From Chloroflexota bacterium (GTDB lineage Bacteria > Chloroflexota > Limnocylindria > Limnocylindrales > CSP1-4): a DNA stretch of 64,000 bases. Location of the stretch: NCBI GenBank assembly GCA_040389445.1, contig JAZJZX010000004.1, positions 36,696 through 100,695 on the forward strand. The letters run 5' to 3'. Under the pieces are notes generated by a model. That model searched no databases. It was not told where the DNA came from and was given only the letters and a program-made list of their open reading frames with translations. Both the position numbers and the translations under genes were made by a program. Shown here one piece after another: positions 58,126 through 64,000 of this stretch (within the stretch, counting starts at the first letter, position 1; each line of letters begins with the position of its first letter).

Positions 58126-60854
58126 GCACACGGCAGGGTCCGGCCATCGCCGGGCTCCGTGCGCGACCGGCGTGGGCTGCATTGGGCAGGCATCACGCCG
58201 AGATCTCGGAGCTCCATCTCCGTGACCTCTTCGCGGCGGACCCCGAGCGCGGGCGGCGGCTGGTCGTCGAGGCGGCCGGGCTGTACCTCGACTACTCCAA
58301 GAACCGCGTCACCGACGAGACACTGGCCCTGCTCGTCCGGCTGGCCGAGGAGTCCGGGCTGCGCGACCGAATCGAGGCGATGTTCGGGGGCGCGCGGATC
58401 AACGTCACCGAGGATCGAGCGGTCCTCCACACCGCCCTTCGGGCCCCGCGCGAGGCAACCGTCCTCGTCAATGGCCAGAACGTCGTCCCCGGCGTCCATG
58501 CGGTCCTCGACCGGATGGCAGCCTTCGCCGACGGTGTGCGCAACGGGACATGGCTGGGTCACTCCGGTCGACCGATCAGGAATGTCGTGAACATCGGAAT
58601 CGGCGGGTCGGACCTCGGTCCGGTGATGGCCTACCGGGCGCTCCGGGCGTACGCGCAGCGAGACCTGACGTTCCGCTTCGTATCCAATGTCGACGGCACC
58701 GACTTCGTCGAGGCGACCCGCGACCTCCGGCCGGACGAGACCCTGTTCATCGTCTCGTCGAAGACCTTCACCACCGTCGAGACCATGCGCAACGCGGCGG
58801 ACGCGAGGCGCTGGCTCCTGGCCGAGCTGGGCGATGAGGTTGCCGTGGCCCGCCACTTCGCAGCCGTCTCAACGAACGCCGCCGCCGTATCGGAGTTCGG
58901 CATCGACACCGCCAACATGTTCGGCTTCTGGGACTGGGTCGGCGGCCGATACTCGATGGAGTCGGCCATCGGGCTGTCGACCATGATCGCGATCGGCCCC
59001 GAGCACTTCCGGGCCATGCTGGCGGGCTTCCATGAGATGGACGAACACTTCCGGACGGCGCCCTTCGATGCCAACCTGCCGGTCATCCTCGGGTTGCTCA
59101 CCGTCTGGTACGCGAACTTCTTCGGCTCGCAGACGGTGGCCGTTCTCCCCTACGACCAGTACCTGGAACGCTTCCCGGCCTACCTCCAGCAACTCACCAT
59201 GGAGTCGAACGGCAAGAGCGTCACCCTCGACGGCACGCGGGTGGATTACGAGACCGGCCCCATCTACTGGGGCGAGCCGGGCACCAACGGGCAGCACTCG
59301 TTCTACCAGCTCATCCATCAGGGGACGCGTCTCATTCCGGCCGACTTCATCGGCTTCTGGCAGACGAACAATCCCCTCGGCGACCATCACGACCTGCTGA
59401 CGGCAAACCTCTTCGCGCAGTCCGAGGCGCTGGCCTTCGGCAAGACCGTCGACCAGGTCCGCGCGGAGGGAACCCCCGACCGGCTGGTCCCGCATCGCGT
59501 CTTCGAGGGCAATCGTCCCTCGAACACCATCATCGCGGAGCGTCTGACACCCGCGACGCTTGGCCGGCTGGTGGCGCTCTACGAGCACAGCGTGTTCACG
59601 CAGGGAACCATCTGGAACCTCGACTCATTCGATCAGTGGGGGGTCGAGCTGGGCAAGGTCCTGGCCACGCGTGTGGCTGCCGAGCTGACGGCCACCGACG
59701 AGACCGCCGTGGCCCACGACTCCTCGACGAACGCCTTGATCGCTCGCTACCGCAGCATTCACCGGGCCGGTAGCCGGCTCGCATCAAGGGTTCCGGGCGG
59801 TGTGCCCGAGCCACGAAGGAGCACGCACATGCAACTCGGAGTGATCGGACTTGGCCGGATGGGCGGCAACATCGTCAGGCGCCTCGAGCGGGCCGGCCAC
59901 ACCACGGCCGGCTACGCGCGACGCCCCGAGGTCGTCGCGGCCCTGACCGATTCAGGCATGCGCGGTGCGACATCGCTGGCCGACCTCGTGGCGGGCCTGG
60001 CGAAACCGCGCGCCATCTGGCTGATGGTCCCGGCGGCGGCCGTCGATTCGACCCTCGAGGCGCTTGTGCCGCTCCTGGACGCGGGCGACGTCATCATCGA
60101 CGGCGGCAACTCCTACTACCGCGACGACATCCGGCGCTCGAAGGAGCTCGCGACGCGCGGCCTCCAGTACCTCGATATCGGCACGAGCGGCGGTGTCTGG
60201 GGTCTCGAGCGCGGCTTCAGCCTGATGATCGGCGGTGACACGGCCACGGTCCAGCGGCTTGATCCGATCTTCGCTGCCCTCGCCCCGGGAGCAGAGGCGG
60301 CGCCGCCGACGGCCGGCCGCGATCGTCGCGGCGGCACCGCCGAGGAAGGCTACCTGCACTGCGGGCCGAGCGGCGCCGGCCACTTCGTCAAGATGGTTCA
60401 CAACGGCATCGAATACGGGTTGATGGCCGCCTATGCAGAGGGGCTCAACATCCTCCGTCACGCCAACGCCGGGGCCGGCCAGCGCTCGATTGATGCCGAG
60501 ACGACCCCCCTCCGCGAGCCCGAGCTCTACCGCTACGAGTTCGACCTCGCCGACGTGGCCGAGGTCTGGCGGCGTGGCAGCGTGGTCGCGTCCTGGCTCC
60601 TCGACCTCACCGCGAGTGCCCTCGCCAAGAGCCCGCAGCTGGACGGCTTCTCGGGCCGGGTGTCGGACTCGGGCGAAGGCCGCTGGACGATTGTTGCCGC
60701 AGTCGACGAAGGCGTGCCCGCGCCGGTCCTCACCACGGCCCTCTTTGCGCGCTTCAGCTCGCGTGGCGAAGCGGACTTCGCCGACCGGATGCTCTCGGCG
60801 ATGCGTCTGGAGTTTGGCGGACACCTCGAGAAGGGAGGCGATCCGGCTTCCTGA
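58122..60854 (+). CDS. pgi: Glucose-6-phosphate isomerase continuing in frame, without a stop, into a short-form 6-phosphogluconate dehydrogenase-like (Gnd/YqeC-type) domain. Apparently a Pgi-Gnd fusion.
   Basis: The Pgi signatures include [22 protein letters not shown] and WGVELGK. After a ~19-aa linker comes [19 protein letters not shown] (a Rossmann 6PGDH N-terminus), followed by 6PGDH C-terminal motifs. There is no in-frame stop between the two parts. The SD sequence AAGGAG lies 7 nt upstream of the internal ATG at 59827. Confidence 0.8.
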   Translation: MSTRQGPAIAGLRARPAWAALGRHHAEISELHLRDLFAADPERGRRLVVEAAGLYLDYSKNRVTDETLALLVRLAEESGLRDRIEAMFGGARINVTEDRAVLHTALRAPREATVLVNGQNVVPGVHAVLDRMAAFADGVRNGTWLGHSGRPIRNVVNIGIGGSDLGPVMAYRALRAYAQRDLTFRFVSNVDGTDFVEATRDLRPDETLFIVSSKTFTTVETMRNAADARRWLLAELGDEVAVARHFAAVSTNAAAVSEFGIDTANMFGFWDWVGGRYSMESAIGLSTMIAIGPEHFRAMLAGFHEMDEHFRTAPFDANLPVILGLLTVWYANFFGSQTVAVLPYDQYLERFPAYLQQLTMESNGKSVTLDGTRVDYETGPIYWGEPGTNGQHSFYQLIHQGTRLIPADFIGFWQTNNPLGDHHDLLTANLFAQSEALAFGKTVDQVRAEGTPDRLVPHRVFEGNRPSNTIIAERLTPATLGRLVALYEHSVFTQGTIWNLDSFDQWGVELGKVLATRVAAELTATDETAVAHDSSTNALIARYRSIHRAGSRLASRVPGGVPEPRRSTHMQLGVIGLGRMGGNIVRRLERAGHTTAGYARRPEVVAALTDSGMRGATSLADLVAGLAKPRAIWLMVPAAAVDSTLEALVPLLDAGDVIIDGGNSYYRDDIRRSKELATRGLQYLDIGTSGGVWGLERGFSLMIGGDTATVQRLDPIFAALAPGAEAAPPTAGRDRRGGTAEEGYLHCGPSGAGHFVKMVHNGIEYGLMAAYAEGLNILRHANAGAGQRSIDAETTPLREPELYRYEFDLADVAEVWRRGSVVASWLLDLTASALAKSPQLDGFSGRVSDSGEGRWTIVAAVDEGVPAPVLTTALFARFSSRGEADFADRMLSAMRLEFGGHLEKGGDPAS

Positions 60855-60924
60855 TCCGCGCCAGGCGATCACGGGGCCGATCGAGAGGAACCGAGGCACA
60901 ACAACGAGGAGAGGAGGCACATCG

Positions 60925-61911
60925 GTGGGGCTCGCGATCTGCAACGACTGCAACGAGCCGTTCCTCGGCACCGCCTGCCCGGAGTGTGGCAGGCCGACCG
61001 ACGAACGCGGCGACATCCGGCGCCTCCCGAGGGAAGTGGTCCTGACGTTCGTCGAGCACGCTCAGGCGTTCCTCGCGGCGGGTCCCCGCCGCCAGGCGAC
61101 CCTGGCGTTCGCGGCGGGATCGTTCATCGGCTTCGGGGCGATGCTCTCGATCGTGCTGACGGTCGGCGTCGAGACGCCGGGCATTGCCCGGCTCCTCCTC
61201 GGGCTGGGCTTCGCGGCCGGGTTCACCCTGGTGGTCCTGTCCGGTTCGGCCCTCTTCACCGAGGTGAACGTCCTGCTGCCCGAGCTGCTCCTCAGCCACG
61301 GCGGACCTCGACGGCGACTGCTCCGCTTCTGGGTGATCGTCTACCTCGGCAACCTGGCCGGGGCAATCTTCGTGGGGTTCATGCTCAACGCCGCCGATGT
61401 GATCGGGCCGGCGCAGGGCGAGCGGCTGGCCGAGGTCATCGCCGAGAAGATGCGCTTCCAGCAGATGGGCGCCGAGGGCTGGTTCCGCGTCATCGCGTCC
61501 GGCATCCTGGCGAACTGGCTGGTGGGGATGGCAGCCTTTCTGGCTACGGCGGCCCGGACCGTGTCCGGCAAGATCCTGGGGATCCTGCTGCCGATCCTCG
61601 CCTTCGTCGCGCTCGGGGTCCAGCACGTGCCGGCGAACATGGGCTACTTCGCCGCGGCCCTGATCCATGGCAGCGCCGGGACCACGGTCCAGGAGGCCTT
61701 CTTCTGGAACCTTCTGCCGGCCAGCATCGGCAACCTGATCGGCGGGACCGTGCTGGTCGCCCTGCTCTTCTGGTACACGTACGGAGGCGCCACTCGCGGC
61801 CGAGGCGCGCTGGAGCGCGCCTCGCATCTGGCCCGGCACGCCGAAGCAGGAACGGATCCAGCGCATCATGCCGTCGGCGAGCCTGGTGGAACCAGACGCG
61901 CCACCGATTGA
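60925..61911 (+). CDS. Formate/nitrite transporter (FNT family, FocA/NirC-like) with an N-terminal zinc-ribbon-like segment.
   Basis: The GTG start has GAGGAGG 7 nt upstream. The N-terminus reads CNDCNEPFLGTACPECG, followed by FNT-type TM helices (LLGLGFAAGFTLVVLSGSALFTE...). Confidence 0.7.
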   Translation: MGLAICNDCNEPFLGTACPECGRPTDERGDIRRLPREVVLTFVEHAQAFLAAGPRRQATLAFAAGSFIGFGAMLSIVLTVGVETPGIARLLLGLGFAAGFTLVVLSGSALFTEVNVLLPELLLSHGGPRRRLLRFWVIVYLGNLAGAIFVGFMLNAADVIGPAQGERLAEVIAEKMRFQQMGAEGWFRVIASGILANWLVGMAAFLATAARTVSGKILGILLPILAFVALGVQHVPANMGYFAAALIHGSAGTTVQEAFFWNLLPASIGNLIGGTVLVALLFWYTYGGATRGRGALERASHLARHAEAGTDPAHHAVGEPGGTRRATD

Positions 61912-62325
61912 CCGCGGCGATCCGGGAACGCGAGTCGTACTGATTCGGCCCGGCGCGATCGCGTCGTCACAAACGAAGAACCCGGCACTGGGGCCGGGTT
62001 CTTCATCGTCACGGCAGGGGAGGGAGGAGTCCGCCGCTTCAGACTGGAAGATGCTCCGATCCTGGGCGTGACGCTGTATCGGTCATCACGGTCGGGCGAG
62101 GTCACCGGTCGGGCCAGGTCACGGCGAGTCGAGCCAGACCGCGAGCGGCTCGGCGTGCCGTTCGCGACCGACCGCATTCGCATCATCGCCACGATCTCGG
62201 AGGGCCTCTGGTCGTTCGCCGGCAGCGGCCGTGTGGGGCCAGTCACAGCGGGCTGTCCCGGTCGAGCCTACCCTCGTCGACAAGCTGGAAGCCCAGCGAT
62301 TCGCGAAGGAGCCCGTGAATCCTCG

Positions 62326-64000
62326 ATGACCACACGTACCCCGAACGTTGTCCCGGGCGACTCGCCCAGCGGGACCCCGGCCGCCGAACACCGGCGTCTC
62401 GAGGAGGCTCGAGCCGGGGTGCCGTGGCGCCTGTGGGGACCCTATCTCGCGGAGCGGGCGTGGGGGACGGTCCGCGAGGACTATTCCGCGAGTGGCGACG
62501 CCTGGAGTTCGTTCACCCACGATGAGGCTCGCCGTCGCCCCTACCGCTGGAACGAGGACGGACTGCTCGGGATCTCCGATGATCAGCAGCGCTTGTGCCT
62601 TGCGCTGGGACTGTGGAACGAGCAGGACCCCATCCTCAAGGAGCGCCTCTTCGGCCTGTCCAACCATGAGGGCAACCACGGCGAGGATGTGAAGGAGCTC
62701 TACTTCTACCTCGACGCGCTGCCGTCCTCCGCGTTTCTTCGGTCAACCTATCTGTATCCCCAGCGGCCGTTTCCGTACGACGATCTCGTGGCCACCAACG
62801 CCGGGCGCGACGGCACGGCTCCCGAATACGAACTCCTGGACACGGGGATCTTCGATGACGAGCGGTTCTTCGATGTCGAGGTCGTCTATGCGAAGGCGGC
62901 GCCCGATGCGATCGTCATGCGGGTCAGGGCGACGAACGTCGGACCGGACGCGGCTCCTCTTCATCTCCTCCCCCACGCCTGGTTTCGGAACACCTGGTCG
63001 TGGGATTCACTCTCCGTTCAGGAGCGTCCGACCCTGCGGCTCGTCGGCGACGCGGTCGTGGCGGATCACCCGACGCTCGGTCGGTATCGGCTCGCCGTAC
63101 GAGCCGACGGCGCGGCGGTTCGCTGGCTGTTCACGGAGAACGAGGCAGGCCCCCGGTTGGCGCTCGATCGGTCGAGCGGGGCGGACCTGAACACCGGCAG
63201 CGATGACCGGCGGGACGCGGACGACGTGAAGTACACCAAGGACGCCTTCCACCGGTTCCTCATCGGTGGCGAGCGGGAGGCCGTGAACCCGGCGTCGACG
63301 GGGACCAAGGCAGCTCTTGACGCACGCTGGATCGTGGCCGCCGGTGAGACCGTCGAGCTGACGCTGGCAATGAGCGCAGACGGCGCCGTGTCGCCGCGCA
63401 GCCTCATCGATGCCTCAGCCGAGGTGATCGCCGAGCGCGCGGCCGAAGCCGACGCGTTCTACGAAGCCATCGCGTGGCCGACCATGAGCCCCGACGAGCG
63501 CCTCATCCAGCGGCAGGCCCTGGCCGGGATGCTGTGGTCGCTCCAGTTCTACGCCTACGATGTCGCTCGCTGGCGCATCGGCGATCTCGTGCCAGCCCCT
63601 GCCGGCCACGCCACCTCCCGCAACCGGGATTGGGGCCACCTCAGCGTGGGGCGGATCGTGAGCATGCCGGACAGCTGGGAGTACCCGTGGTTCGCCGCCT
63701 GGGATCTTGCCTTCCAGGCGGTGACCCTCAACCTGGTTGATCCGGATCGTGCCAAGGAGCAGCTCCTGCTGCTGCTCGACGATCATCTCCTGCACCCGAG
63801 CGGTCAGATTCCGGGCTACGAGTGGGAGTTCTCGGACACCAACCCGCCCCTTCAGGCCTGGGCAGCGCTCCGGATCTATCGACGTGAGCGGGCGACGACC
63901 GGCACCGGCGATCGCGCCTTCCTCGAACGGGCGCTGCACGCCCTCACCCTGAACTTTGGTTGGTGGGTCAATCGCCGCGACCAGAGCGGTCGAAATCTCT
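62326..64000 (+). CDS. GH63-family glycoside hydrolase (mannosylglycerate/glucosylglycerate hydrolase-like), 5' part. It continues past the window end.
   Basis: The frame is open from the ATG at 62326 to the window end. It contains ...SMPDSWEYPWFAAWDLAFQAV... and ...YEWEFSDTNPPLQAWA..., typical of the bacterial GH63 (MGH/GgH/YgjK) (alpha/alpha)6 domain. Confidence 0.7.
   Translation, partial: MTTRTPNVVPGDSPSGTPAAEHRRLEEARAGVPWRLWGPYLAERAWGTVREDYSASGDAWSSFTHDEARRRPYRWNEDGLLGISDDQQRLCLALGLWNEQDPILKERLFGLSNHEGNHGEDVKELYFYLDALPSSAFLRSTYLYPQRPFPYDDLVATNAGRDGTAPEYELLDTGIFDDERFFDVEVVYAKAAPDAIVMRVRATNVGPDAAPLHLLPHAWFRNTWSWDSLSVQERPTLRLVGDAVVADHPTLGRYRLAVRADGAAVRWLFTENEAGPRLALDRSSGADLNTGSDDRRDADDVKYTKDAFHRFLIGGEREAVNPASTGTKAALDARWIVAAGETVELTLAMSADGAVSPRSLIDASAEVIAERAAEADAFYEAIAWPTMSPDERLIQRQALAGMLWSLQFYAYDVARWRIGDLVPAPAGHATSRNRDWGHLSVGRIVSMPDSWEYPWFAAWDLAFQAVTLNLVDPDRAKEQLLLLLDDHLLHPSGQIPGYEWEFSDTNPPLQAWAALRIYRRERATTGTGDRAFLERALHALTLNFGWWVNRRDQSGRNL

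Noticed and set aside
61866-62679. Minus-strand ORFs 61866..62246 and 62119..62679 between the FNT gene and the GH63 gene.
   Set aside because: Arg/Pro-rich translations. The plus-strand GH63 frame from 62326 has clear family motifs and overlaps them.

Overview
This 64 kb window is high-GC (~70%) chromosomal DNA, probably from an Actinomycetota-like organism, and no rRNA, tRNA, CRISPR array, integrase or transposase was recognised. The first ~12 kb form a single minus-strand gene array, mostly translationally coupled, that looks like a defense island built on a Type I restriction-modification (RM) locus. Read 5'->3' on the minus strand, that array is:
- a 322-aa hypothetical protein;
- an 815-aa (ORF track) DUF262/DUF1524 GmrSD-like Type IV restriction enzyme;
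- hsdM and hsdS;
- a 254-aa helical protein of unknown function;
- a 611-aa QueC-like PP-loop ATPase carrying a C-terminal PD-(D/E)xK nuclease-like domain;
- a 203-bp gap;
- an AbiEi/AbiEii-like pair;
- hsdR (N-terminal part; the gene runs off the window start).
The two-gene QueC-like module sits between hsdS and abiE and is the most novel-looking element. It resembles the QatB/QatC or CBASS-IV Cap9 7-deazaguanine-conjugation defense modules, but fused to a nuclease effector.
The remaining ~52 kb are mostly housekeeping and stress genes: folC-folP-folB, an MprA/MprB-like two-component system followed by an HtrA/PepD-like protease, rplY, a universal stress protein, a LigC-like DNA ligase, a standalone LigD polymerase domain protein, tryptophanase, a DUF433/DUF5615 putative toxin-antitoxin pair, and an ECF sigma factor with a YciI-like partner. 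They also include an extracytoplasmic thiol-redox cluster (DsbA-like/CcdA, DUF3179, TlpA-like), a GTP-cyclohydrolase-II/SDR/DUF1684/radical-SAM/methyltransferase cluster of unknown product, a mercury-resistance module (merA, HMA protein, ArsR-family regulator), an HD-GYP phosphodiesterase, thioredoxin, a Crp/Fnr regulator, a glutaredoxin-thioredoxin-reductase fusion, and a pentose-phosphate operon (zwf, HAD, tal, and pgi fused in frame to a short 6-phosphogluconate dehydrogenase).
Two recurring features stand out: translational coupling through GTGA/ATGA/TGATG stop-start overlaps, and short in-frame GC-rich tandem repeats inside several genes.
Many long ORFs in the six-frame track are antisense or off-frame artefacts of the high GC content and were not annotated.
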